Shown one piece after another: positions 10,095-19,113 of a DNA stretch of 64,000 bases; positions within the stretch are counted from its first letter, which is position 1; every line of letters starts with the position of its first letter. The stretch spans positions 1,088,001-1,152,000 of the forward strand of contig CAWGVS010000006.1 of NCBI GenBank assembly GCA_963826115.1, read 5' to 3'. The position numbers were made by a program, and so were the translations under genes. This DNA is from an uncultured Candidatus Rokubacteria bacterium. Lineage in GTDB: Bacteria; Methylomirabilota; Methylomirabilia; Rokubacteriales; DASRDR01. The notes below the pieces were generated by a model, which saw only the letters and a list, made by a program, of their open reading frames with translations, was not told the DNA's origin and searched no databases.

Positions 10095-11324
10095 CTAGTT
10101 GTCTTCCGGGCGGCCCAGGACGACCGCCGAGTGGGTCGGGCCGATGGCTCGCGAGGTGACGAGCACACGGTTCACCCGCGCGGGCCGGCCGCGGCCGGGC
10201 ACGTAGTCGAGGTCGCACCCCGCGGCGGGGATGTCGTGGTTCATCGTCGGCGGCACGTGCTGCTCGGCGAGCGAGAAGCAGGCCGCCACGACCTGGAGGG
10301 CGCCGCCGGCCGCGAACGGCTGACCGATCATTCCCTTGATCGACGTCACCGGGATGCTGTACGCGTGCCGCCCGAGCACCGCGCGGTACGCGGCGCTCTC
10401 CGCCCGGTCGTGTCGCGGCACGCCGCCCCCGTGTGCGTTGACGTGATCGAGCTCCCCGGGGTCGAGCCGCGCCTCGTGGAGGGCGCCCCGCATGGCGGCC
10501 TGGAGCGACACCCCCTCGGGATCGACGGTCCGGAGATCCAGTCCGTCGGTGCCGCTCCCGTACCCGAGCACCTCCGCGTAGACGTGCGCCCCGCGCGCCC
10601 GCGAGTGCTCGAGGTCCTCCAGGACATACATGCCGGCGCCCTCGCCCAGGACGGAGCCGTCGCTCAGCGCGTCGTACGGACGGAGCGCCTGGGCCGGGGG
10701 CCCGCTCCAGCGGGACAGCCATCCGAGCTTGCCCCACGCCGCGTGCACCGAGGTCGCGAGCGGCGCGTCGGCGGCGCCGGCCAGGGCCCCGACGATCTGC
10801 CCCGCCCCGATCTGCGCGCACGCCCACTGGATCGCGTCCACGCCGGAGGCGCAGCCCGACCCGAGCGTCATGGTCTGCCCGCGGAGACCCAGGTCGACGG
10901 CCGCGTAGTTCGTGAGGGCATGGCCGATGCTCTCGACCACCGTCGAGGCGTCGCGCCGGCGCATGGGGCGACCCTGGATCCGCTCGAGGACCTCCTGGAA
11001 CTCCGCCACCGCGCTGGCGCCGCTCGCGACGCAGACGGCGAATCCGCTGGCGGCCCGGAGCCCCGGCAACCCCGCGTCGTCGTACGCCATGCGCGCGGCC
11101 GCCATGCCGAACTGCGCGAACCGTCCCGCGGGAGTGAGGCGCTCGCCGGCCGGCTCGAAGCCCTTGACCTCCGCCGCGACCTGACAGGCGAAGGGCGCCG
11201 GGTCGAACCGGGTGATCGGCCCCACGCCCAGCGCCCCCTCGCGAAGACCGCGCCAGAACGCCTTCACGCCGATGCCGATCGGGGTGACGGCGCCCAGGCC
11301 GGTGATGGCGACCCGGCGTCTCAC
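10095..11324 (-). CDS. FabF-like beta-ketoacyl synthase, atypical active site
   Basis: RRVAITGLG start, GCASG Cys, NAHG His, but KGMIGQP in place of GH. Confidence 0.88.
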   Translation of the reverse strand: MRRRVAITGLGAVTPIGIGVKAFWRGLREGALGVGPITRFDPAPFACQVAAEVKGFEPAGERLTPAGRFAQFGMAAARMAYDDAGLPGLRAASGFAVCVASGASAVAEFQEVLERIQGRPMRRRDASTVVESIGHALTNYAAVDLGLRGQTMTLGSGCASGVDAIQWACAQIGAGQIVGALAGAADAPLATSVHAAWGKLGWLSRWSGPPAQALRPYDALSDGSVLGEGAGMYVLEDLEHSRARGAHVYAEVLGYGSGTDGLDLRTVDPEGVSLQAAMRGALHEARLDPGELDHVNAHGGGVPRHDRAESAAYRAVLGRHAYSIPVTSIKGMIGQPFAAGGALQVVAACFSLAEQHVPPTMNHDIPAAGCDLDYVPGRGRPARVNRVLVTSRAIGPTHSAVVLGRPEDN

Positions 11325-11575
11325 CCCGGCGCCTGCTGGACGCGGCTCTCGACCAGGGCGACCATGTCCGCCACCGTCTTGAGCTTCGTCAGCTCCTCCT
11401 CGGGTACCTCGATGTCGAACTTACGCTCGACGGAAATGGCCAGCTCGACCGCGTCGAGGGAGTCGAGACCGAGGTCCTCGACCAGCCGGGCTTCCGGCAC
11501 CAGTTGCTCCGCCGGCAGTCCGAGCCGCGCCGCCATGATTTCTCGAAGCCCGCTCGCGACGTCTTGCGTCGCCAC
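11321..11575 (-). CDS. acpP: Acyl carrier protein
   Basis: 84 aa acidic protein with DLGLDSLDAVEL phosphopantetheine site. Confidence 0.93.
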   Translation of the reverse strand: MATQDVASGLREIMAARLGLPAEQLVPEARLVEDLGLDSLDAVELAISVERKFDIEVPEEELTKLKTVADMVALVESRVQQAPG

Positions 11576-12805
11576 TCATGCCTCCCCGCGGCTGAGGACC
11601 AGGATCGAGTTGGTCCCGCCGAACGCAAATGAGTTGGACATCGCCACCCGGATCGGCGCGCGGCGAGCCTGGTTCGGGACGTAGTCCAGGTCGCACGCCG
11701 GATCGGGCGTCGTGTAGTTGATCGTCGGGGGGATGATTCCGTGGTGGAGAGCGAGCGCCGTCGCGATCGCTTCCACGCCCCCCGCGGCGCCCACGAGGTG
11801 GCCCGTCATCGACTTGATCGAGCTGATCGCCAGACGCCGGGCGTGCTCGCCGAACACGGTCTTGATGGCCTCCGTCTCGTGCTGATCGTTCAGCGGCGTC
11901 GACGTGCCGTGGGCGTTGATGTAGTCAACCGCCTCCGGCTTGATTTTCGCGTCGGCCAGGGCGAGCCGCATGGCGCGGGCCGGCCCGTTGGCCGACGAGG
12001 CCGTCGGGTGGTTGGCGTCCGCCGAGAGGCCGTATCCGAGGACCTCCGCGTAGATCCGGGCGCCCCGCGCCCGGGCGGCTTCCAGTACCTCGAGCACGAG
12101 GATGCCCGCGCCCTCCGCCAGGACGAACCCGTCGCGGTCCTTGTCGAAGGGACGGCTCGCGGTTTGCGGCGAGTCGTTCCGGGTCGACAGGGCGTGGATC
12201 GCCGAGAAGCCCGCGACCACCACCGGGTGGATGAGCGAGTCCGTTCCGCCCGCCAGCATCACGTCGGCGTCCCCGCGCTGGATGGCCCGGAAGGCGTCGC
12301 CGACGGCCTGGCTGCTCGCCGCGCACGCCGTGGTCGGGCTGAAGATGGGCCCGCGAGCGACCGTCCGCATGGACACCCATCCGGCGGCCATGTTGGGCAG
12401 GCTTCCCGGGAGCGCGTAGGCGCTCACCCCCAGCATGCCCTCGCGCTGGAGCATGTCCCACGAGTTGAGGAGCATCGGGACCCCGCCCATGCCGGTGCCG
12501 ATTGACACGCCGACCCGCTCGTTCTGACCGTCGACCTTGACTCCCGAGTCCGTGAGCGCCGCCTGCGCGGCGATGAGCGCGTAGTGGATGAACACGTCGG
12601 TCCGCACGATGTCGCGGCGGGGCAGGTGGGCCGCGGTGTCGAAGTCGGCGATCTCACCGGCGATCTGGCTGGGATAGGGGGAGGGGTCGAACCGGGTGAT
12701 CCGTCGGACCCCGCTTCGCCCCTGGGTCAGGCCATCCCAGAAGGCGTCGAGGCCGACGCCTACGGGTGAGACGACGCCCATACCTGTGACGACAACGCGC
12801 CGCAA
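11576..12805 (-). CDS. fabF: 3-oxoacyl-ACP synthase II
   Basis: TACAAS, YINAHGTST, KSMTGHLVGAAG, SNSFAFGG; TTG start with AAGGAGG SD. Confidence 0.93.
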   Translation of the reverse strand: MRRVVVTGMGVVSPVGVGLDAFWDGLTQGRSGVRRITRFDPSPYPSQIAGEIADFDTAAHLPRRDIVRTDVFIHYALIAAQAALTDSGVKVDGQNERVGVSIGTGMGGVPMLLNSWDMLQREGMLGVSAYALPGSLPNMAAGWVSMRTVARGPIFSPTTACAASSQAVGDAFRAIQRGDADVMLAGGTDSLIHPVVVAGFSAIHALSTRNDSPQTASRPFDKDRDGFVLAEGAGILVLEVLEAARARGARIYAEVLGYGLSADANHPTASSANGPARAMRLALADAKIKPEAVDYINAHGTSTPLNDQHETEAIKTVFGEHARRLAISSIKSMTGHLVGAAGGVEAIATALALHHGIIPPTINYTTPDPACDLDYVPNQARRAPIRVAMSNSFAFGGTNSILVLSRGEA

Positions 12806-12955
12806 TACGCCTCCTTGGGACGGTCTATGGTGCGTGAAAGTCCGACGTGACGCTAAGTTACACCCGGTCTCTCATGTGAGGCGGCAAAGAAAATTGTGCC
12901 ACCGGCCGAGGAGACGTGCACGCTCCAATCGTCGCGCGCGATCCCGCCAGACCGG

Positions 12956-14026
12956 TCAGCGGCCGCGGGAGGGCTCGCCGTCCCGGGCGCGGCCCAGCTC
13001 GGCGAGGAGGTCCCGGTGCTCGGCGCAGCCGATCACGCCCACGTCGGGTCGGGCGCGGGAGCCTTCGACCCATCGGCGGAGGGTGGCCCGACGGGCCCGC
13101 GCGGCAGCGACCGCCTCCCGGGGGAGGGCGCCGGACTCCAGGGCGCGTCCGACCGTGGCGATCGCGTCGTCCCGGGTGCTCGCCTCGCGGCACACCAGGG
13201 CGAGGTCCCCCCCCGCGGCGAGGAAGCGCGCCGCCGCGCTCCCGACACCCCACTGGTTCCGGACCGCCGCCATCTCGAGATCGTCGCTCACGACGAGCCC
13301 GTCGAACGCGAGTCGGCCGCGGAGGAGGCCCCCGATGATCCCGGCCGAGAGCGAGGCGGGCGACTCCGCGTCGAGGGCCGGATACCGGACGTGGTTCACC
13401 ATGACCGCGGGGCAGCCGGCGGCAAGCGCCCGGCGGAACGGCACGAGCTCGGTCCGCTCGAGGTCGTCGAGGGACGCGTCGACCTCCGGGAGGACGAGGT
13501 GGGAGTCGAGCGCCGTCCGTCCGTGACCCGGGAAGTGCTTGGCCACGGGGATCAGGCCTTCCTCGAGAACGGCCCGGATGAAGGCGGCGCCGCAGGCGGC
13601 GACCGTCTCGGGGTCATCCGCGTACGCCCGGTCGCCCACGACCACGCTGGCCGGATCGGTCGAGCAGTCGAGGACCGGTGTGAGCCCCGAGTCGAACCCC
13701 GCCGCCCGCAGCTCGCGCGCCATCGCGCGCCCCACGCGTCCGGCCACCGCCGGATCGCCCAGCCGGCCGATGGCGGCGGCGGGCGGGAAGCGCGTGAACG
13801 GGGGAGGGAGGCGGTGGACGCGGCCGCCCTCGTGGTCGACGAGCACCAGCACGTCCGGCCCGTATCCCCGCGCGGCTGCGGTGAGGGCGAGGACGACGTC
13901 GAGGTTCGGGCAGTTCCGCGCGAACAGGACGATCCCGCCCAGCCCCTCGCCCAAGGCCAGCTCTGCGACGTCCTCGGGGACCGCCGTCCCCTCGAAGCCG
14001 AGCGCCAGGAGCTCGCCCGCGCTCAT
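12956..14026 (-). CDS. nagZ: Beta-N-acetylhexosaminidase (GH3)
   Basis: DHEGGRV, KHFPGHG..DSH, SDDLEM motifs. Confidence 0.92.
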   Translation of the reverse strand: MSAGELLALGFEGTAVPEDVAELALGEGLGGIVLFARNCPNLDVVLALTAAARGYGPDVLVLVDHEGGRVHRLPPPFTRFPPAAAIGRLGDPAVAGRVGRAMARELRAAGFDSGLTPVLDCSTDPASVVVGDRAYADDPETVAACGAAFIRAVLEEGLIPVAKHFPGHGRTALDSHLVLPEVDASLDDLERTELVPFRRALAAGCPAVMVNHVRYPALDAESPASLSAGIIGGLLRGRLAFDGLVVSDDLEMAAVRNQWGVGSAAARFLAAGGDLALVCREASTRDDAIATVGRALESGALPREAVAAARARRATLRRWVEGSRARPDVGVIGCAEHRDLLAELGRARDGEPSRGR

Positions 14027-14033
14027 GCGCTCC

Positions 14034-15272
14034 TCATCCGGCCGGCTCGCGGGCGGGGGGCGGGGGGAGCCACGACCTGACGAACGGGACCAGGAGGAGA
14101 CCCGGCAGCGAGGCGAGAAACGTGATCGCGAAGTAGGTGCCGTAGCCCCACTTCTCCGTGCCGAGGCCGCTGACTGCGCCGGCCAGGCGGCCGGTGAAGG
14201 AGAAGAGGGACGACAGGAACGCGTACTGGAGCGTGGCCCGCTCCGGATCGCAGACCGCCAGGAAGAAGCCGAGGAACGCGGCGGTCCCGAGGCCGCCCGA
14301 GAACGAGTCGATCATGGACGCGGCGTAGAGGGCCGGCCACGGCAGCTTCCAGAGGGCGACGGCGGCGTAGCCGAGGTTCGAGATCGCCTGGGGCAGCCCG
14401 AGCAGCCAGAGCGCGGTCAGCGTGCCGTAGCGCTGCATGATCGCGCCGCCCGCCAGCGCGCCCGCGATCGAGAGACCGATCCCGAGCGCCGTGGGCACCA
14501 GGCCGATCTCGAGGAGTGACCGCCCCTGGTCCACCCAGAAGGGCTTGACCATCGGGCCGATGGCGAACTCGCCGAGCTTGTACGTGAGGACGAACAGGAT
14601 CAGCGGGACGGCTCGCCACGTTCCGATCCAGCCCACGAACGGGGCGAGCCACTGCTGCCGCGCCTCGGCGGGGACGTCGAGGCGCGGGATCCGCCGGACC
14701 GCGAGGCCCATCGCGGCGAACACGACCGCCGCGCCGCCGAAGAGGACGTTCCACGGGAGCCAGTGGGCGAGCACGACCATGCCGCTCCCGATCAGGACCA
14801 GCGCCACGCGATACGCGGAGGCGCGCACCCCGTTCGCCGGGCCCTGATCCTCGCGACCCACCAGCGCCACCGTGTAGGCGTCGATCGCCATGTCCTGGGT
14901 GGCCGAGGCGATGGTGAGCACCAGGATCAGCGCGAACAGGACGTTCAGGCTGGTCGCGGGGTCGGGCAGGGCGAGCAGGGCGACCGCCGCGGCGACCACG
15001 AGCATGGCGCCCGTCACCCAGTTGCGGCGGTCGCCAAAGCGCTGGACGAGCGGCGACCACAGAAACTTCAGCGAGAACGGCAGCTCGAGGAGTCTCAGCC
15101 CGCCGATGGCCCGGAGCGAGGTGCCGTGGAGGCGCAGGTAGACGGGCAGCACCTCCCAGAGGATGCTCACCGGGCTGCCCTCGATGAAGTAGAGGAGCCC
15201 GACGACCTTGAGCTTGGACCGCGACGCCTCGGGCAGCCGGCTGGCGCCGAGCAGCGTCCACAGGAGGCGCAT
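14034..15272 (-). CDS. ampG: AmpG-like muropeptide MFS transporter
   Basis: LKFLWSP, SATQDMAIDAY motifs; about 12 TM; adjacent to nagZ; start re-picked after TACAAT box. Confidence 0.85.
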   Translation of the reverse strand: MRLLWTLLGASRLPEASRSKLKVVGLLYFIEGSPVSILWEVLPVYLRLHGTSLRAIGGLRLLELPFSLKFLWSPLVQRFGDRRNWVTGAMLVVAAAVALLALPDPATSLNVLFALILVLTIASATQDMAIDAYTVALVGREDQGPANGVRASAYRVALVLIGSGMVVLAHWLPWNVLFGGAAVVFAAMGLAVRRIPRLDVPAEARQQWLAPFVGWIGTWRAVPLILFVLTYKLGEFAIGPMVKPFWVDQGRSLLEIGLVPTALGIGLSIAGALAGGAIMQRYGTLTALWLLGLPQAISNLGYAAVALWKLPWPALYAASMIDSFSGGLGTAAFLGFFLAVCDPERATLQYAFLSSLFSFTGRLAGAVSGLGTEKWGYGTYFAITFLASLPGLLLVPFVRSWLPPPPAREPAG

Positions 15273-15343
15273 CGCGCGCATTGTACCCGACGGGGGCGGT
15301 CGGCCTTCCGAACTGCCGGTCGCCACGGCGCCGCGGGAGGTCG

Positions 15344-17176
15344 CTAGGGTCCCGGGCGCTCCCGCGGGATATCGAGGACGAACGTGGCGCCTCCGCCGGG
15401 CGTGTCCTCCAGCCGGAGGTTGCCCCCGTGCGCTTGCAGGATCTCGCGCGACACGGCCAGGCCCAGCCCCGTGCCCTCACCGGGCGGCTTCGTGGTGAAG
15501 AACCAGTCGAAGATCTTCACCCGCATGTCGGCCGGGATGCCGGGCCCGTCGTCGGCCACCTGGATCTCGACGGTCTCGCCACGCCGCCGCGTCCGCACGG
15601 TGAGGTTCCGGCCCTTGCCGGCGCTGTCCATCGCCTGTCGGGCGTTTCCCATGAGGTTCATCAGCACCTGGCCGAGCCGGTGCGGATCCGCCGTCACCCG
15701 CGGGAGATCGGCCTGGAAGTCCCCGACGAGCTTGATCCCCGCCACCGAGCACTGGGGACGCTCCAGATCCATCGACTGCTTGATCAGCACGTTCAGGTCG
15801 ACGGCCTCGAACGTGGGCGGGCGCGGCTTCGCCATCGTCAGGAGCTCGCGCACCAGCCGCTGCGCGCGCTGGGCGGCCAGAATGATGTGGCCGGACCGGT
15901 CGCGGCTCGTGCCGTCCGCGCCCGGATCCGCCTGGATCATCTGCGCGAGCGTCATCAGGGCGGTCAGTGGCGCGTTGATGTCGTGGACGAGCCCCGCCAT
16001 GCTCTGGCCGAAGGTCGCCAGCCGCTCCACCTCGACCAGGTGGGCCCGGGCCTGGCTGACCTGGTCCTGGAGGGCGCCCACGACGGCCGCCCGGTCCTCG
16101 CGGGCAAGCGCCACCCCGATCTGACCGGCCAGCCCTTCCAGGACCCTCAGCTCCTCGGGGGGCAGGTCGAACGCCGGATCGTCCCACGACAGCGCCAGGA
16201 GACAGCGCGGGCTGTCCGCGCCGGCCCGGATCGGCAGGAGGAGCCACGGCAGCGTCGAGTGGCGGAGCCACGTTGGCGCTCCCACGAGCGGGAGGCCGGG
16301 GCGCCAGGTCGGCCGACCGGCCTCGAGGAACCGTGTCAGCTCGTCCGTCAAGGGGAGCGTGGTGCCCTCGAGCGCGACCTGGTCGAGCGGTCCCGTGTCC
16401 CACCCGGCCACGGCGGCGAGGCTCGTGCTGTCGGCGGCCGGCGCCAGGAACGCGAGGGCCTGGCTCGGGCGGAACGCGGTCGCCAGCCGCGGCATCACCG
16501 CGCGGAGCGCGCGGGCCGGCTCGGCGCCGGTGACGAACGCGTCGACGACGGCCAGGAGCGCCTCCACGGCGCGCGTGCGGGCCTGGGCGCGCTGGAGGAG
16601 GCTCGTCTGGTCGATCGCGAGCGCCGCGGTGCTGGCGAACAGACGCAGGACCGCGAGGTCGCTCGACGTGAAATGGGGGCGGTCGGCCAGCCGGTTCGCG
16701 TTGAGGACGCCGACCACCCGACCGCCGACCTCGAGCGGGACCGACACGGCCGACTGGATGCGGCCGCCCTTCGGCACGAGGTTCGGGAAGCGCGAGAGAT
16801 CGTCGCCCTCGCTCAGGAGGACGGGGCTGCCGGTCTGGGCGACCCAGCCGGCCACGCCCTCGCCCAGGCGGGAGCGCTGCTGCCAGGCCTCGGCCTCGCG
16901 GGCGCGGGTCGAGGACGCCACCCTCAGCTCGTCGCCTTCGACCAGCATCAGGGAGGCCTCGTCCGCGCTCAGCGAATCGGCCGCCCCGTCGACGACGTGG
17001 CGGAACAGCTCGTCCGCCGTGACCTTGTTGGAGAGGAGGCTGAGTGTCGCCTCCTGGACCCGGAGGATCTCGTCCCATCGCTCGCCCCCATGGCCAGGGC
17101 CTGGGGCTGCCGGGGGGGCCGGTCCACCGGGCTCCGCCGACGGGTGGCGGGCCAGGGCCCCCCGAGAGGCGGACAA
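15344..17176 (-). CDS. Cytoplasmic GAF-GAF sensor histidine kinase
   Basis: GEGVAGWVA GAF signature; VHDINAPL; NLMGNA, DDGPG, FFTTK, GTGLGL; start uncertain. Confidence 0.88.
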   Translation of the reverse strand: MSASRGALARHPSAEPGGPAPPAAPGPGHGGERWDEILRVQEATLSLLSNKVTADELFRHVVDGAADSLSADEASLMLVEGDELRVASSTRAREAEAWQQRSRLGEGVAGWVAQTGSPVLLSEGDDLSRFPNLVPKGGRIQSAVSVPLEVGGRVVGVLNANRLADRPHFTSSDLAVLRLFASTAALAIDQTSLLQRAQARTRAVEALLAVVDAFVTGAEPARALRAVMPRLATAFRPSQALAFLAPAADSTSLAAVAGWDTGPLDQVALEGTTLPLTDELTRFLEAGRPTWRPGLPLVGAPTWLRHSTLPWLLLPIRAGADSPRCLLALSWDDPAFDLPPEELRVLEGLAGQIGVALAREDRAAVVGALQDQVSQARAHLVEVERLATFGQSMAGLVHDINAPLTALMTLAQMIQADPGADGTSRDRSGHIILAAQRAQRLVRELLTMAKPRPPTFEAVDLNVLIKQSMDLERPQCSVAGIKLVGDFQADLPRVTADPHRLGQVLMNLMGNARQAMDSAGKGRNLTVRTRRRGETVEIQVADDGPGIPADMRVKIFDWFFTTKPPGEGTGLGLAVSREILQAHGGNLRLEDTPGGGATFVLDIPRERPGP

Positions 17177-17423
17177 GCCAGCCCCTCAGCCGTCCCAGCA
17201 CGGGGTGATCCTGGATCGCCACCCGGCCTCCCTGTCAGGGGTCACAACGTCCCGCCCAAGTCTACTCAGGGCACCCCTATTTGTACACACTTGGACTCTG
17301 TATGAAAACGCTTGGTGCCGACCGGGGCCCGTGCTACCGTCCAACCGCCGGCCAGAGTCCCGGTCCGGTGGACCGGAAGGGCTGGTACAGGCACGGCCGG
17401 GTGGCCCGGCGGGGGGAGGACCC

Positions 17424-17837
17424 ATGGGGACGAGGAAGCTGATCATCGTGGCGGTGGCCGCGGTGCTGGCGGCGGGGTGCTCGGCCAGCACGCTCAAGTC
17501 GCAGAAGGACGACGGGTGGGCGCGCGTCTCCCAGACGCTGCCCGACGGCAAGTTCATCTACAACCCGTCGCTTCCGACGCTGTCGTCGTTGCCGGATCCC
17601 TCGTGGGTCGGCGCCAACCCGACTCCCAACGCCTACGGGCACCCGTTCCGCCCGGTCGGGCTCGTGTTCTACCCGATCGGCGTGGCCCTCGACTGGGTGA
17701 TCATGCGGCCGCTATACATGCTGGGTGGCCTGGCGCCCGAGTGGTTCGGCGTGACCACGGATGACGGCCATGGCTACCAGGAGCACATGCCGGAGCTGTT
17801 CATCTCGAAGGACGCGCCGCGCATGAAGTTCGAGTAG
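17424..17837 (+). CDS. Hypothetical lipoprotein
   Basis: MGTRKLIIVAVAAVLAAGC lipobox; GGAGGA SD. Confidence 0.75.
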   Translation: MGTRKLIIVAVAAVLAAGCSASTLKSQKDDGWARVSQTLPDGKFIYNPSLPTLSSLPDPSWVGANPTPNAYGHPFRPVGLVFYPIGVALDWVIMRPLYMLGGLAPEWFGVTTDDGHGYQEHMPELFISKDAPRMKFE

Positions 17838-17880
17838 GCGTTCCGCTCCTCGCTGGCTGTCTGAGCTCCCCTCACCACAC

Positions 17881-17910
17881 AGAGGCGCCGCCCCCCGGGG
17901 CGGCGCCTCT
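17881..17910. terminator. Perfect GC hairpin between convergent genes (bidirectional terminator candidate)
   Basis: AGAGGCGCCGCCCC-CC-GGGGCGGCGCCTCT inverted repeat. Confidence 0.6.
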
Positions 17911-18518
17911 CAGTCTTTGCGCGTGTGAGCCTGGAGTCCCCGCTCCCAGAGATACTCCGGCTCGCCCAGGCGTCGCGCGACCCACCGTGACAGCACGAAC
18001 AGGAGGTCGCTCAGCCGGTTCACGTAGCGGAGCGGCCATTCGGAGAGCGGCTCCGCGCGGGACAGCCGCAGGATCTCGCGCTCGGCGCGCCGGCACACGG
18101 TGCGGGCCTGGTGGAGGAACGCGCCCACCCGCCCGCCGCCGGGCAGCACGAACGACTTGAGGGGCGCGAGCTCCTTCTGACAGCGGTCGATGAGCTTCTC
18201 CATCTCCGTCACGTCCGCCGCGCCGACCCGGTACATGCCCTCGTAGGCGGCGTCGTCCGGCGTCGCCAGCTCCGACCCGAGGTCGAAGAGCTGGTTCTGG
18301 ATGCGGCGCAGCGTCTCGTCGAGCCACTGGTGTCCCTCGCCCTCGCCGAGCCGCTCGGCGTTGAACACGCGGGCCAGGCCGAGGACCGCGTTCAGCTCGT
18401 CGACGGTCCCGTAGGCCTCGATGCGCGGCGCGTCCTTGGGCACGCGGCGACCGCCCACCAGCGCCGTCTCGCCGCGGTCGCCGGTGCGCGTGTAGACGCG
18501 GGTGATGCGGATCGCCAT
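17910..18518 (-). CDS. pduO: ATP:cob(I)alamin adenosyltransferase, PduO type
   Basis: RVYTRTGDRGET, YGTVDELN, RTVCRRAER, NRLSDLLF. Confidence 0.92.
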   Translation of the reverse strand: MAIRITRVYTRTGDRGETALVGGRRVPKDAPRIEAYGTVDELNAVLGLARVFNAERLGEGEGHQWLDETLRRIQNQLFDLGSELATPDDAAYEGMYRVGAADVTEMEKLIDRCQKELAPLKSFVLPGGGRVGAFLHQARTVCRRAEREILRLSRAEPLSEWPLRYVNRLSDLLFVLSRWVARRLGEPEYLWERGLQAHTRKD

Positions 18519-18704
18519 GCGCGGTCCTCCTCGCGGGCCAAGCCCGGCTGGCTCCCAGGGATACCGCGTCGCCGACGGCGCGTCAACGCGCGCGATTCTC
18601 GGGGTCGCGGTCCCGGCCGTTGTCCGGGGCGCTTGACGACGGCCCGGGGGCCTCTCGATACTGAACGGGCGCCGCGCGCCCACTTCACCCGAGGAGACCC
18701 GCGA

Positions 18705-19073
18705 ATGCCGAAGCCCGAGCTGGAGTTCTTCGCGCCCGACCACATTCCCTGGGAGCCGGTGGCCGGCTCGGTCACCGGCGGCGCCGGGGGGCCAGGGGTG
18801 GAGCAGAAGATCCTGGCGCTCGACCGGGAGACCGGGGACATCACCCGGGTCCTCCGGTTCGCGGCGGGGGTCGAGACGAAGGAGACCATCACGCACGACT
18901 TCTGGGAGGAGGTCTGGATCCTCTCGGGCGAGCTGATCGACCTCGGCAAGAAGCAGACGTTCACGGCGGGGATGTACGCCTGCCGCCCGCCCGGGATGGT
19001 CCACGGGCCCTACCGCGTGCCGCGGGGCTGCACGACGCTCGAGCTCCGCTACGGGAAGGCCCCGGCACGATGA
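18705..19073 (+). CDS. ChrR-like cupin protein
   Basis: HDFWEEVWILSG...RPPGMVHGP cupin motifs; GAGGAG SD. Confidence 0.8.
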   Translation: MPKPELEFFAPDHIPWEPVAGSVTGGAGGPGVEQKILALDRETGDITRVLRFAAGVETKETITHDFWEEVWILSGELIDLGKKQTFTAGMYACRPPGMVHGPYRVPRGCTTLELRYGKAPAR

Positions 19074-19113
19074 CCGCGGCCGTCTCCGGCCCGGCGGCGT
19101 CGAGGGAGCGGTG

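Noticed and set aside
5581-10827. 1748-aa ORF suggesting a giant fusion
   Set aside because: Its N-terminal ~1075 aa are an Arg/Gly/Pro-rich off-frame shadow of the kinase and KS genes; the real gene starts at GTG 7599
7713-11684. Long antisense ORFs (also 20702-22930, 28743-32156, 42116-44416 and others)
   Set aside because: Typical stop-poor antisense frames of high-GC genes, with no recognisable motifs
10095-12805. Aromatic type II PKS or aryl polyene cluster
   Set aside because: The second KS keeps its Cys (not a CLF), and no KR, dehydratase, cyclase or ligase genes are adjacent
12884-12901. Possible sigma54 promoter TGGCAC...TTGC upstream of fabF
   Set aside because: Spacing is GG-N13-GC rather than the required GG-N10-GC
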